From Octopus vulgaris (taxonomy: Eukaryota): a stretch of 64,000 bases of DNA. Positions 1 through 12,705 of the stretch are shown here, piece after piece. A program made the translations under genes and the position numbers. Location of the stretch: NCBI GenBank assembly GCA_951406725.2, contig OX597821.1, forward strand, positions 76,756,001-76,820,000, given 5' to 3'. The notes beneath the pieces were generated by a model, which saw only the letters and a list, made by a program, of their open reading frames with translations, did not search any database and was not told where the DNA came from. The stretch's first letter is position 1. Each line of letters begins with the position of its first letter.

Positions 1-121
1 GTTAACCCCTCGCCTGTCCTGCGAATCCCATGTGATATATAGCTGCTGTCCCCAACCTCTTTTGCTCCCACTTAGTGGTTTCATGCAAGACAATTTGATG
101 ACATGCACTGCTTTCTCACTC
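1..121 (+). repeat. 3' end of a retroposon with (AAT)n tail
   Basis: Ends ttgatgacatgcactgctttctcactc(aat)n, the same 3' terminus as the minus-strand copies starting at 3301 and 47499. Confidence 0.55.
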
Positions 122-133
122 AATAATAATAAC

Positions 134-199
<66 letters not shown>

Positions 200-610
200 T
201 CAGCGAAAGAGTTTGACAAGCTCAGAAAATATAAAGACCTACTCATTGAAATTGAGAAAATGTGGCATCTCAAGGCGGTTACAATACCAGTGATCGTAGG
301 AGCACTAGGAATGATCAAGAAGGGAACCGAAAATTATATGAGAATGATCCCTGGCTTACCATCCCTGCAAGAAGTGCAAAAGATTGTCTTAACTGGTACA
401 TCACACGTATTGAGAAGAGCATTGTCGATGTGAGAACTGTTGCTGCTCATGTATTTTAATTTAACTTAAAAAAAAAAAAAAAAAAATTGAACGAACTATT
501 GAGTTTGGTTTAATGGCCTACCAATGTATACTATGAGTTTCTTTGCCCTAGGAGTCGGGAAGACACTCGGCAAGAAATGGAAGCAAATTTGAAAGAAGAA
601 AAAAAAAATG
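200..610 (+). mobile_element. 5'-truncated R4/Dong-type non-LTR retrotransposon (restriction-like endonuclease C-terminus plus 3' UTR) in a (TAA)n array
   Basis: SAKEFDKLRKYKDLLIEIEKMW...PVIVGALG...QKIVLTGTSHVLRRALSM* matches the KxxKY...GALG RLE tail. (TAA)n lies on both sides. Confidence 0.75.
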
Positions 611-613
611 ATG

Positions 614-677
<64 letters not shown>

Positions 678-774
678 TAATAGTAATATCCTTTCTACTA
701 AAAGCACAAGACTTTTAGTAGAAACGAGTAACCTAACGAAACAAAAAAAATGCATGGATATTATTTATTACATA

Positions 775-997
775 CAGGGGCGGCCCAAAAGTAGGTTTGC
801 AGTTATTCAACTATTTCTTTCACATTCATATATTAACAGTTTAGATCTTAATTAGAAAAAATATATGGAACCATTATTCTATGTTAATTTAGTTAATTTA
901 ATTAATTGTAGGATAGAAATTTAAATGTAATGAAATGTTTTAAAAGAAATTTAAAGTGCCTACGTGATAACCGTAAACCTACTTTGGGCCGTGACTG
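775..997. mobile_element. Tc1/mariner-derived MITE
   Basis: ta|caggggcggcccaaaagtaggtttgcagtta ... taaccgtaaacctactttgggccgtgactg form imperfect ~30-bp terminal inverted repeats around an AT-rich interior. Confidence 0.65.
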
Positions 998-1009
998 CGT
1001 GTGTATCGT

Positions 1010-1203
1010 AGGCGATTTTTTTCCCTCCGTCTTCCGTTCCTTGGATCTTTACTTTTTCTATGTTTCTGATGAAGAGTTCCGCTCGAAACGTTAAATCTTT
1101 CTTCTTTCTTTCCTTTCTTGAGCGTCCAATAACACTATGCTTGTTCCGCGTCCTCGCATTGTTGTATTTTCTCTTTATGTTTTCATGTTTGGATTAACTA
1201 TGT
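1010..1203 (+). repeat. Short Penelope-type (pLTR-like) repeat carrying a hammerhead motif, family H1
   Basis: Homologous to the minus-strand copy at ~52755-52945. Contains CTGATGA...GAAAC. Confidence 0.6.
1062..1096 (+). ncRNA. Minimal type-I hammerhead ribozyme, canonical core
   Basis: GUUU-CUGAUGA-A-GAGU ucc GCUC-GAAA-CG-UU-AAAU. Stem I GUUU/AAAU, stem II GAGU/GCUC, palindromic stem III ACGU, triplet GUU. Confidence 0.7.
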
Positions 1204-1214
1204 ATGTATATATA

Positions 1215-2503
1215 CGAGGGGCATTCAATAAGTAATGCCCCTGACCCACTTCCCATAGCAGTAGAGCAACGACACTTGGCACAGTTATTAGTCTTCTTTT
1301 ACATAGGAACCACCCAGAGTTACGCATTTCTCCCATCATTTGATGCAGCTCTAGAGACTGTTTTTGTAGAAGACCCCAGCTTGGTCCTCCAACCACGACC
1401 TGACTTCAGAAATCAAGGCTGCATCATCTGGGAAACGCTTTCCTTTCAAAAACAACTTCATGGGTGGGAAGAGGTGAAAATCCGAGGGTGCAAGGTCAGG
1501 AGAGAAGGGGGATGGGGAGGAGTTCATAGCCGCACGCCTGTGCTTCTGATCTGGCGACCATCGAGTTGTGGACCGGAGCGTTGTCCTGCAGGAGGAGGAT
1601 ACCTTTGCTGATCTTGCCCCGCCTCTTGATTTTGATAGCTTCTCTTAATTTCCTCAAAAGTGAAGCATAATAGGCTCCTGTAATTGTGGTACCCTTTGCC
1701 AGGAAATCTGTCATCACTACTCCGTCCTGGTCCCAGAAGAATGTGAGCATGACCTTGCCAGCGGAGGGCTGCACCCTTGCCTTCTTTGGAGGAGGTGAGT
1801 CACGGTGTTTCCACTGCATTGACTGGGCTTTGGTCTCTGGATCATGGTGATGGATCCAGGTTTCATCTTGTGTAATCAGTCTTTTGAAAAATTTTGACTC
1901 ATCTTCATGGCACATCTCCAAATTCATCCTCGAGCACTCGACGCGTTCTTGCTTCTGGAAAGGTGTGAGCAACATGGGAATCCATCTGGCAGACACCTTT
2001 TGCATATGCAAATGGTCATGAATGATAGTTTCTACAGACCCGGTACTAATCTTGACCTCATGGGCTATTTGGCGAATAGTTATGCGTCGATCTTCCAAAA
2101 TGGCAGCCTCAACTTGACGGACAGATGCCTCATCAATGGCAGAAGGAGGGTGACCAGATCTGGGAGCTGTTTCCACAGAGTTCCGACCATGTTTGAATTC
2201 ACGATGCCAGCGTTTTACAAGGTCATATGATGGGGCATCATTACCATAAGTTACTTTCATTTCATCAAAAGTCTTCCGTGGTGTGCGTCCTTTCAAATAC
2301 AAAACCCGGATCACTGCTCGACACTCAACTGGCTCCATTTCACACTTGACTCAGTTCAAACACCTGTAAATCAGAAACCACATTAGTTCAGAGCTGTAAT
2401 TTGCCACGTAATCTATGGAGATATAAATAATTGCACATGCAAAATTTCAGCAAGATCAAACAATTACAAATGGGTCAGGGGCATTACTTACTGAACGTCC
2501 CTC

Positions 2504-2504
<1 letters not shown>
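1215..2504 (-). mobile_element. Full-length mariner (DD34D) DNA transposon, 1290 bp
   Basis: 34-bp TIRs (cgaggggcattcaataagtaatgcccctgaccca versus the reverse complement of the right end, 3 mismatches), TA on both sides, and an internal transposase. Confidence 0.95.
1288..2338 (-). pseudogene. Mariner transposase pseudogene
   Basis: 280-aa ORF with WIPMLL, TQDETW and LQDNAPVH. A frameshift in C-runs near 1510-1520 disrupts HPP(F)SPDLAPSDF (DD34D spacing when restored), followed by in-frame TAG and TGA before the natural stop at 1288. Confidence 0.92.
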
Positions 2505-2543
<39 letters not shown>

Positions 2544-2987
2544 GAGCAAAACACCCCGCGTCCAATGGACGGTGCTGAGTTGTCAAACATTTAAACCAAA
2601 TTTTCTCAAAACAACTTGTCCGACCGTCCCATAGGTCTCCCCTTTGAGAAACACTGATTTAACCTAAATTTGAGGCACCTGCAAAAGAAGAAATAAAGAT
2701 AGACTTTTTTCTATTCCAAAGGAAAACGATTTTATTCACACAAATATGCAACCGAAGAGGATGTTTACATTTTCGGAATACCCAGAGAGAGTCAAAAAGA
2801 AAAAGAAAACAAGATAGTAAAGTTCTAAGATTTACTAAATATGGTCTTTTGTATGACCGCACAAAAAGAAATGGTCGTGTTCTTCGAATAAAAAGGAGGA
2901 GGATGTTTACATTTTCGAATACTCAGGGAGAGAGGAAGGAGAAGTAATCACACGTTAGTTGTAGATATTAAGTTTTCTTTTTAGCTA

Positions 2988-3039
<52 letters not shown>

Positions 3040-3040
<1 letters not shown>

Positions 3041-3255
3041 GGTGGCGAGCACGATGAGGCGTTAGCATGCCGGACAAAATGCTTAACAGCATTTCGTCCG
3101 TCCTTACGTTCAGAGTTCAAATAACGCCGCGATCGACTTTACCTTCAATCCTTTCGGAGTCGATAAACTAAGTACCAGTTAAACACTGGGGTCGATGTAA
3201 TCGACTAGTCCCCTCCCACCAAATTTCAGGCCTTGTGCTTTTAGTAGAAAGGATT
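3040..3255 (+). mobile_element. tRNA-like SINE family B (head ggcggcgagctggcagaa, core gcctttcatcctttcggggtcgataaa)
   Basis: Similar to many copies in the window, at approximately 4655, 4902, 8178, 14055, 14950, 15620, 15810, 31670, 41205, 44890, 47844, 48060, 49385, 49792 and 62545. Confidence 0.75.
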
Positions 3256-3300
3256 ATTATTATTATTGTTGTTGTTGTTGTTGTTGTTATTATTATTATT

Positions 3301-3858
3301 GAGTGAGAGAGCAGTGCATGCCATCAAGGTGAGAATTGGGTAAAATATACGAAGCACAGTGTACCCAACATGACTACCCGTCTGATAAGGGTACACCAGG
3401 CACATGCATCACAACCATATGTGCGCGACATTGTGATCTCATATCAAGATAAACAGCACATGACCTTGCTGGTGGGGCTCAGTTAGAATTTTCTTCTGGT
3501 CGACTAGCCCACCCCGCTGAAAAGGTCCCTGAATAAGGATTGTTTAAGGATGTTGAACGACCCACCCATGTTTCCAAAGGTGAATTATCCAAACCCCAAA
3601 GAACCCCTCTCAACACATGGCTATGATGCTCCCCCACTATTTCTGCTCATGATCAGAGATGCACATATGAACATCCACTAATGGTCATGCTCAACTGGTT
3701 AAGGCCAAACAACTGGCAAGCAAATCTGTGGTATTGAGCAGAATATTTGCTGTAGCCCATCTTTTATACCAAGACAAAACAATGTACATGATAACACTTC
3801 CAATCAGTTAAGATCAGAAGCCATGAAAGCCACTGTCTGGTACTGCATCAGGGCATTT
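3301..3858 (-). mobile_element. ~550-bp retroposon with (AAT)n tail (SINE or LINE 3' end)
   Basis: High identity with 47499-47775. Both copies are embedded in TAA/TTA arrays. Confidence 0.65.
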
Positions 3859-3873
3859 ATTATTATTATTATT

Positions 3874-4258
3874 ACCTCCGCCTTAGCGAGGGCGGGGGTA
3901 TTATATTCAGTCGTATTTGTTTGTTTGTTTATCCGTGGACAGGATATCTCAAGAACCGCTGGATGGATTCGGATGAAACTTTCAGTGATGTTTGGCCCCG
4001 TAACTGGCACGAACTGTTTAAATTTTGGGATCGATCCAGTACCAGACAAGGATTCTAGATGATTTTTCCTGTTTTTTTTCTTTTTTTTTTTTTTTTTTGC
4101 TTAATTTTTGAGTGTGGTCGGGTTCATTTTCTGTATTCTCGTTTGTGAAAGCAGTCCAGTTTATTTAAGATATTCTCATTTTAAAAATCATCTCCGGCTA
4201 ATTGTTAAGAGGACATTGGTGTAGCCTTGGTGGAGGTTTGCACTCTCTGAGTGCTCTT
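3874..4258 (+). mobile_element. Non-autonomous Helentron-type (HINE/DINE-like) element
   Basis: 5' acctccgcc with a nearby inverted copy, then (tttg)n, a 3' subterminal ggtggagg and a terminal hairpin gcactc-tct-gagtgc. Inserted in T-rich DNA. Confidence 0.55.
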
Positions 4259-4271
4259 ATAATTATTATCA

Positions 4272-4545
4272 TTATTTTTTTGTTTGACTTTTGCATTTGT
4301 ACAAGTTGGCTCCAAGTCTCACCCAAAGACCTCAAGAAACAACAAGTTGGAAGTTCATGCTGGTGTTAAGCCTAGGGTGCCATATATTTGGTTTTGTACA
4401 TAGTGTTGTTCTAGAGAATGTTTAAGAAACCATAAGAAAATTGTGTTTGTTTTAAAACTTGAGAATACATAGAAAGTATTTTGCGTAGGAAATGGGCGGT
4501 TCCTATGAGTACTATCTTTTGAATTTCTGCCATTTTGGGGTTTCC

Positions 4546-4546
<1 letters not shown>
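4272..4546 (-). mobile_element. Second R4/Dong-type LINE 3' end in a (TAA)n array
   Basis: Minus frame GNPKMAEIQKIVLIGTAHFLRKILSM aligns with SLQEVQKIVLTGTSHVLRRALSM of the 200-433 element. Flanked by TAA repeats. Confidence 0.7.
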
Positions 4547-4606
<60 letters not shown>

Positions 4607-4782
4607 CATTATTATCATCATCATCATCATTATTATTATTATTATTATTATTATTTCATCCTTTCGGGGTCGATAAATTAAGTACCAGTTACGCACTGGG
4701 GTCGATGTAATCGACTTAATACGTTTGTCTGTCCTTGTTTGTTCCCTCTATGTTTGGCCCCTTGTGGGTAATAAAGAAATAA

Positions 4783-4840
<58 letters not shown>

Positions 4841-4844
4841 GTAA

Positions 4845-4900
<56 letters not shown>

Positions 4901-5865
4901 AGACGGCGAGATGGCAAAATCGTTAGAACGCCGGACAAAATGCTTAACGATATTTTTGTCCGTCTTTACCTTCGAAGTTCAAATTCCTCCATCGATAAAG
5001 TGAAGTACCAATTGAGCACTGGGGTCAATGTAATCGACTCATCCGCATCTCCGAAATTACAGGCCTTGTGCCAAAATTTGAAACCGTTATTATTATTACT
5101 TTCGCTGGTTACTACTATTATAACTATTACCGATGCTTTCAGCTAGCTTTATTACTTCTACAAATGTTTTCACCCATTGTTAGTTCAGCAAACGCTTACT
5201 TAACGTTATAATTGTTAATGACAATAACTTAACTCAGCTTCTAAAAAAAAAAGAAAAAAGGAAAGGAAAAGAAAAGGTATATAAAAAAAGAATAAAGCAC
5301 AGTAAAATTCTATTTATATATTAATGGTATGGCTTGTTGCCAACTTTCTATTTCCTCCCAATCTGTTGATCTCCTGTTAACTGCATATCTCAAAACATGT
5401 TACTCGCAGCGGGGGGAGTGAGGCAGGATATGATCTAAGCAAGATCTTTCTCTTGCCCTTGACTTCTTTCGGTTTTAATAACGGCTTCACCTGAGTCTTA
5501 AAAACAATAATAAGATAGACAATAACAGAAGCAGTACCAGCAACAACAACAACAACAAGCAAACGAACAAAAGTTTCTGTAAAATACAGACTAGTTTAGG
5601 CTAATAACACCAAAGTAAGCAAACATAGTTAACCGTTCCGTTTGCTTATTGTATTTTTGGTCTGATATATTCGATCTTGGCACACAAAAGCCACCAAACA
5701 CAACCCAACGAGAGAAGTACAAATATATATACCTTGTTAATCTAATCTACTTTCATTTTCTTATTGCCCTCTATATTCCCTATCGCCTCCTTTTCCACAA
5801 TAATTCCTTATTTCGAACTCAAAAATTTACCTCTATTTAACCATCTCACATCATCTCTAATGAAT

Positions 5866-5905
5866 CTGATGAAGAGATATCCACAATATCCCAGAAACAG
5901 CTGTA
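5866..5905 (+). ncRNA. Hammerhead motif with degenerate stem I, in a probable Penelope 3' end (~5690-5985)
   Basis: CUGAUGA-A-GAGAUAU ccaca AUAUCCC-A-GAAA-CAGCUG-UA. Canonical core, long stem II with one mismatch, palindromic ACAGCUGU, triplet GUA. Confidence 0.55.
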
Positions 5906-6132
5906 GAACTTTTTCTACATCTCTTTCCTTATAAATGTCCTGAAAACTCCTCACAGCCCTGGCTCTGTTATCTATATTTGTCTAATATATATATATATAC
6001 AAGACCCACATTAAAATCCTCACTCGTATCACTATCGAACCAAGAGTTTAACTACGGTCTGTCCATAGCACTTACTCAGCATTACCTGCCATTCTTTGGG
6101 TTTTCTAGACACCACTACCTTATGCGCGTGTG

Positions 6133-6207
<75 letters not shown>

Positions 6208-7084
6208 ATGTATGAATATGTATATATATATGTGTGTATATATAGGGAGAGAGAAAGAGAGAGAATGACTTGCACAGATCCTGTAAGGTTGTTAGAGAAA
6301 TGTTGCACCATTATTGTTCATGTAAAACTTGCTTTAGCTCTTTCAGCGACGATGACAGAAGGAAACGGCTCCTCACTTGCTGCCCCGCAAATGCGCTACC
6401 ATCAAGGAACAATGTTAAAACCACAGAAATTACGACATGGTCAGGTAAAATACTCAGATAATCACTGGCCAAGAGAATTCCGTGATATGGTTACCCAAAT
6501 CATCACAGAAGCACCTTTAGGATTCACAGTACGGGTCAAGCAGTCTGAATTGAAGGCGACTTTGAGATGTCTCCAGACATAGACCCTCACACTGAAATAG
6601 GAAAAAGAGTGAATGATGATTCATGAAAGACGATGACATTGTTTCGCTGCGCCCTTGACCCTTCTGATGGTCAAGATATCAGTTTTTCTGCTTATCAATG
6701 TGTTATGTCGCACGTTCGGATGCCTTCTGCTCAACTCTTCTCTACTCTGCTACTCTTTTCTTTTCTTTACTTGGCACCATGGCCACTAAAACAGATGGGG
6801 ACACTACAAGGACAGACACAACACCATAGTGGGGTCAATAAACATAAAACGAATGAGGATGAATATTATATAAAAATGGAAAAAAATGAAATGGCTACAT
6901 GGGCCCCACTCCCTACTCTACTACTCTGACGACTTCTAGACTTCTCCCTCTATATCTACGTACTGGGCTAGCCCACTTCATCGCCTGGGGGCGTCCACGC
7001 AACACAATGTTGCTGAAAGACAGGAGAGGCTCAGCAAATGTATTCAAATGCAGCTAACCCCCACCTCCCATGTTGTCCAGAAGC

Positions 7085-7400
7085 TCACCTTGAACGGTTT
7101 TGTTTGACACAGAAGTGGCAAGGTAATGCTTTAGTTCTCCGATCATCACTTTTGCTACCGTAGTTCGATGGATTTTTAAAAACAATGTTTCACTCCTCTG
7201 CAGTCTCTCTCTTTGAGCTTTGCTTTCCTTCCAAAATTATGCTTGCCAGAGCTGGTTTTAGTTTGGTTTTGGAATGCCAACATAATTTGAGAGACTGTAC
7301 TTCTCAAAGCATTAAACAATTAGGCGGTTTTAGTGACTGGCGCTCCATCCATCTGGACTCCAGCAAGAGGTCCTCTTTGGAAATCAGATAGGTCACGCAT
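7085..7400 (-). pseudogene. Tc1-family transposase N-terminal remnant
   Basis: MRDLSDFQRGPLAGVQMDGAPVTKTA*LFNALRSTVSQIMLAF...KTSSGKHNFGRKAKLKERD matches the paired-like HTH and GRK/GRP motif of Tc1 transposases, with stops and frameshifts. Confidence 0.75.
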
Positions 7401-7759
7401 TTAACTTATTTAAATATAATTATCAGCAACAAAAAAAAAAGGGAGGCTATATTATGAAGTAGAAGTTACCGTTCGGTTTTCGATTCCTTCTTTCAGATTT
7501 TTGATTAAATATTTCCTATACTATTCGACTAAAGATGTTTTCTTATTGAAATTTATTAAATCTTTACAGTAAAAAATTTTTCCCAATCATTTTAATGTTT
7601 TCAGTGTTCCAATGTAACGTTATGCCTGTGCAAAGCATTTTCATATGTTTGTCCCGAACGTTCAGCTTTTTAGATAGTCCTTGCTTGATACGTCCAGAGT
7701 CATATAACGCTTTCCTTTCATAAGTCCCTGGTTGCTTTAGTGGATGAAACAATTGGTAA

Positions 7760-8028
7760 TCTGTTGTGTCTGGGGAGAGTCATTTTCTTTTTGAGCCTTA
7801 TAATGTAACACACTCACCGGTAAAATTTCCACATATTTTTTTCTTATTTTTTTTAGTTTTATTTTCCTAAAATTTTCGTTGCGTCTTGCAAGACTATTGA
7901 AAAGGTTGCAAGACGCAACGAAAATTTTAGGAAAATAAAAAAATAAGAAAAAAAAGTGGAAATTTTACCGGTGACTGTGTTAAATCATAAGGCACAAAAA
8001 GAAAATGACTCTCCTTAGACACAACAGA
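7760..8028. repeat. Long inverted repeat (~125-bp arms, 14-nt spacer) of a Penelope-type terminal repeat
   Basis: 7760-7891 is the reverse complement of 7906-8028. A further single-arm copy lies at ~52305-52395. Confidence 0.85.
7894..7930 (+). ncRNA. Minimal hammerhead, U3-A8 core variant
   Basis: CUA-UUGAAAA-G-GUUGC aagac GCAAC-GAAA-AU-UU-UAG. Stem I CUA/UAG, 5-bp stem II, palindromic AAUU. Confidence 0.5.
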
Positions 8029-8549
8029 ATATGCTTCAACACACGAACTCATATAAAGAATCTTGCAAACCAAATCCAAAAACGAAATTGTTAATCTGTT
8101 TTATATAAATGATGTTGGGTCAATAACATCTATGTTATAACATCTGTGTATTACAGGATAAGCAAAAGGTTAAAGACAGCGAGCTGGCAGAATGTAAGTT
8201 CAAATCTCACCCCAGTCAACTTCGCCATTCATCCCTTCGGAGTCAATAACTTAAGGGACCAGTCAAGAAATGGAGTTCATGGAATTGGTCTCTTCCCCTC
8301 AAAACCGTTGGCTCTGAATCCTGCAACGATTAGCGCCCTGTTTAACAGGACTGCTGTATTCTCGAACACTTATGCGCTGTGGAAACCGGATGACCAACAT
8401 TATGAGGCTCAGGGCTCGAAAACTAATAAAAAAAAATGGATCTGCAAAGACGGAAATTGCAGAGCTGTTCCATGAAATCGCTTAAATTCCGGTTAATTTT
8501 CAGTTCACAACCAAATCTGACATGATGGATGAGACAAAGTAAAAGAGTT

Positions 8550-8706
8550 AGGCGTGGCTGCGCGGTAAGACGTTTGCTTACCAGCCACATGGATCCGGGT
8601 TCAATCCCTCTGCGTGGTACCTTGAGCAAGTGTCTTCTACTATAGCCTCCAGACGAACAAAGCTTTGTGAGTGGATTCAGTTGACGGAAACCTAAAGAAG
8701 TCCATC

Positions 8707-8745
<39 letters not shown>

Positions 8746-8955
8746 CGTGCGTGTGTGTGTGTGTGTATGTGTGTGTGCGTGCGTGCGTGTGTGTGTTTAC
8801 ATTAGTGGTTTTATAAAATACACTGACAAAATAACTACCAGGCTTTGAAATAAAATGAAGTACAGGGGTCGCTTCGTTCGACTAATGAATCTCCAAGGCG
8901 GTGCTGTAGCATGGCCGCAGTTTAATACCAGAAACAAGTAAAAGGTAAAAGATTA
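8550..8955 (+). mobile_element. tRNA-derived SINE family A with internal microsatellite (CORE-like ccttgggcaagtgtctt)
   Basis: A-box/B-box-like head, central (TG)n, tail ggcggtgctccagcatggccgcagtc...aaacaagtaaaaga. More than 20 full or partial copies in the window. Confidence 0.75.
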
Positions 8956-10264
8956 TAGAAGAAAGATTCCACAAACAGCAATCTTTATTTGTAGAATTTG
9001 TAACAAACGAAACAGTAAAAAAAAACACAAAAGAAGACCCAAAACGCAAAACGGAAGTACTTCTACACCTAAATATTATATCACATTAATACATTGAGAA
9101 TTCCCTCCCACATTCTCTTTCTCTCTCTTTCTTCCTCTCTTCTTCTCTCCTTTTGACTTTTAATTGTTCGTTCTTCATTAGATAGGAATATTCTCTGCCA
9201 AAATAGATATAAAGTAAAAATTTATATTTCAGGAGAACAGCATTCCTTTTGTAATGAGGTTTTTTTAATTTAAACTTGTAAATTCATTACTGAGATGGTA
9301 ACAGATTGAAAGCGGATACACATTGAGAGATGATTATTCGAATAGATGGCAGCAGCAGCAGCAGTAGCAGCAGCAGTAGCAGCAGCAGTAGCAGCAGCAG
9401 TAGCAGCAGGGTGGCGGGTAGAATATTTGAGAAGCTATAAAACATTATTTTGAAATGCTGTAATAAAACGGCATCGCACGCTATTCTGAATTCGTTTGAA
9501 GGTGGATGAGTGCAAAAAAAAAAGGTACGGGCGATTTTGATGTCGTTATTGGTGTTGTAATCGTTTTTTTTTTCTTCTGTTGTTGGTGATAACAATGATG
9601 ATGATTATGATGATGATGATGATGATGTTGTTGATGATGATGTCTTTTATCTTACCACATCTATGTTACGAAAATTGGTTATAAAGATATGTGGAGATGT
9701 ACATTATTACATTAAAACGATAAGTGTACGTGCAAGCACCCCTCCCCCTGCATACACACACACACACACACACACAAGTACACACATACACATATACACA
9801 CACATGCATGTATGCTTGCGTGCGTACATGCGTGTGTGTGTGAGTGTGTGTGTGTGTGTGTGTGTATACTTATGCCTTTTATTCTTTACTTGTTTCAGCC
9901 GTTGAAATGCGCCCATGCTGGAGCACCGCCTTGAAGAATTTAATCGAACAGGTTGATCCCAGTATTAAATTTTGAAGTCTGACACTTATTCTATCAATCT
10001 CCTTTGCTGAACCGCTAAGTCACCGGGACATAAACAAACCAACACCAGTTGTCAAGCAGTACGGTGGGGATAAATGCACACGCACACACACCTATATACA
10101 ACGGGCTTCCACACAGTTTCCATCGACCAACTTTACTTACAAGGCATTGGCCATAATTGCAAGGAAAGGCTCACAATTTCAGTGTTCCGAACTAAACGTT
10201 TCCGATTCTTCTGCAGGGATTCCGAGCCTGTTTTTTCCTTGAAATATTCTTTTATTAGATTTTT

Positions 10265-11747
10265 GCTTTTACTTGTTTCAGTTATTTGACTACGACCATG
10301 CTGGAGCACCGCCTTTAGTCGAACGAATTGATCCCCAGAACTTATTCTTTGTAAGCCTAGTACTTATTCTATCAGTTTTTTTTGTCGAGCCACTAAGTTA
10401 CGGGGATGCAAACACACCAACATCGGTTGTCAAGCGTCGGTGGGTTGGAGGACAAACACAGACACACAAAAATACATATACACACATATATATATATACA
10501 TACATAATACATACATACATACATATACGGGGTGAGTAAGGTATTTGAGGACATACCTTTCTTGGGTCATTGCTACATTTTTTGCTAACTCTGTATAATC
10601 TTTGTTTCAGAAAATAATAATTTCAGACCCTCAGCTTACTCAAGAAATGAAGAGGCATGCTGTTATTGTGGTTATAAAGGCTGAGTACAGCGATTTAGAA
10701 ATATCTTGATTTTCAAAAGCTGCCAGATCTTTCGTCTACAAAATTTGTAAGGAGTTAGAGACTGAAGATGGAAGTGTATCACCAGTATCAAAGCATAAAA
10801 AGCATTCTAAACGCTCTGAAATCATCAGAACACCTGAATTTATCCAGTAAGTTCAATAGACCATTGATTACAATCCCCAAAAGTCCATGAGGTCAATTGC
10901 GAAAGATCTCCATGTGTCAGAAGGAACATGTGTCAGAAATGTTGTTCACGAAGACACCAGATTTAAATATTATATTATGAGGAAAGGTCATTTTGTCAGA
11001 AAAAGCAAAAGAAAATTACTACATCAGATTTAAAAGGCTCTTAAACAAAATGAAAAATCCAGCAGAAGATTTAATTTGGTTTTTCTCAAACGAGATAAAC
11101 TTCGACTAAGATCAAAAAATTAACAAAAGAAATGACAGATGGTTATGGCGCAGACCCTTCTGAAGTTCCAAAATTTCCTGCAAGTATCATGGTTTTAGGG
11201 GTTGTCAGCAATGAAGGACATGTGATGCCTCCTTACTTCTGTCTACAAGGTCCTGGAAATAATTGTTAAGCCCTGAACAGACAGTGTATGCAATGGAAGG
11301 CCATATGTGTTTCAGTAAGACTCTGCACTATCACACATGGCTCTAGTAATACAGGAATGGATGACTGAAAACTTTCATGATCATATAGCCCCTAACATTT
11401 GGCCTCCTAATTCCACAGATCTCAATCCATTGGACTATTACATGTGGAGCGTTGTTGAGAGAAAGGTCAATGAACATGGCCATAACACCAAAGTTTCTTT
11501 GAAAGCTGCCATAGTCAGAGTAATGTCCAAAATGAACCAAGATCACTTGATTCGAGCATGTAGATGATTTAGATCTCATATAGAAACAGTTGTTGGAGCT
11601 GAAGGTGGCTTTATTGAAAAACATTATAGAAGGTTTATTTTTTCCTAATAGTTTTTTTGATATATAAAGTTATCATCTGTTATTATATACCTGTTTTTTT
11701 TTATAAACATAAATCTGTCTTCAAATATCTCTTGTGTGTGTTTGTGC

Positions 11748-11796
<49 letters not shown>

Positions 11797-11910
11797 ACGA
11801 GCTTCTTTCAGGCTATAGAAGACACTTGCCCAAGGTGCCACGCACTAGGACTGAACCCGGAACCAAGTTGTTGGGAAGCATGCTTCTCAATAAACAGTCA
11901 CACTTGCGGA
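10265..11910 (-). mobile_element. Family A SINE split by a maT transposon inserted in its internal microsatellite
   Basis: SINE 3' half at 10265-10480 and 5' half at 11790-11910, in the same orientation. Confidence 0.6.
10528..11732 (+). mobile_element. Decayed maT (DD37D) Tc1/mariner element with pseudogenised transposase (~10647-11620)
   Basis: MKRHAVIV...WFFSNE...MVLGVVSNEG...FQ*DSALSH...WPPNSTDLNPLDYYMW, with 37 residues between the last two Asp. Partial TIRs tatttgaggaca / tgtcttcaaata. Many stops. Confidence 0.85.
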
Positions 11911-12249
11911 TCTTTTAGTATATTTTGAAATATTATCAGAAAGTTCGGAAGACAATTTAGCTTAACAAATTGGACTAAGATGGAAAAGAATGGTGCAATG
12001 AGGAACGAATTGGAAGTGCATTGTGACCAGCGGTGTATAACAACATCTAATATTCTGTCGATGCTGTGATATAGTGTTTGAAAGTCAGGAAGGAACCGCT
12101 TACCTTTATGTTCTTATATATAAAAATATGCCTTGCGAGCGATAAGTGTAAAAGCGACTGTTTCAAGGTCGCATTTTTCATTTCAGTTCTGGCTTGAATG
12201 AGGATGCTCCAAACTTTTTAGATTACCTACAAGCAAGCTCACTTTAATA

Positions 12250-12356
12250 ACATGCATATATGCATACATACATACATACATACATACATACATACATACA
12301 TACATGCATACATACATACATACATACATACATACATACATACATACATACATACA

Positions 12357-12391
<35 letters not shown>

Positions 12392-12661
12392 GTACATACA
12401 TACATATGGAGAAAGTTAATTTGAAGACTACAGATCCAATCCATCACTGGAACTGTAAAAATCTGTAAAGCTTTCCAGAAATTTATCATTTAAACATGTA
12501 TGAGCATGTCAAGATATGCAGCTATATGCATGAGAATACATAACATAAAGCAAAACATACAAATCTGAATATATACATTCGTACATACATACATACATAC
12601 ATACATACATACATACATACATACATGCATACATACATACATACATACAGACAGACAGACA

Positions 12662-12703
<42 letters not shown>

Positions 12704-12705
12704 AC
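12250..12705. repeat. (TACA)n / (CA)n microsatellites
   Basis: Directly visible. Confidence 0.9.

Noticed and set aside
1204-2230. Plus-strand ORFs 1204-1611 and 1907-2230
   Set aside because: Antisense shadows of the mariner transposase.
6960-7075. Possible HDV-like ribozyme on the minus strand
   Set aside because: I could not build the nested double pseudoknot by eye.
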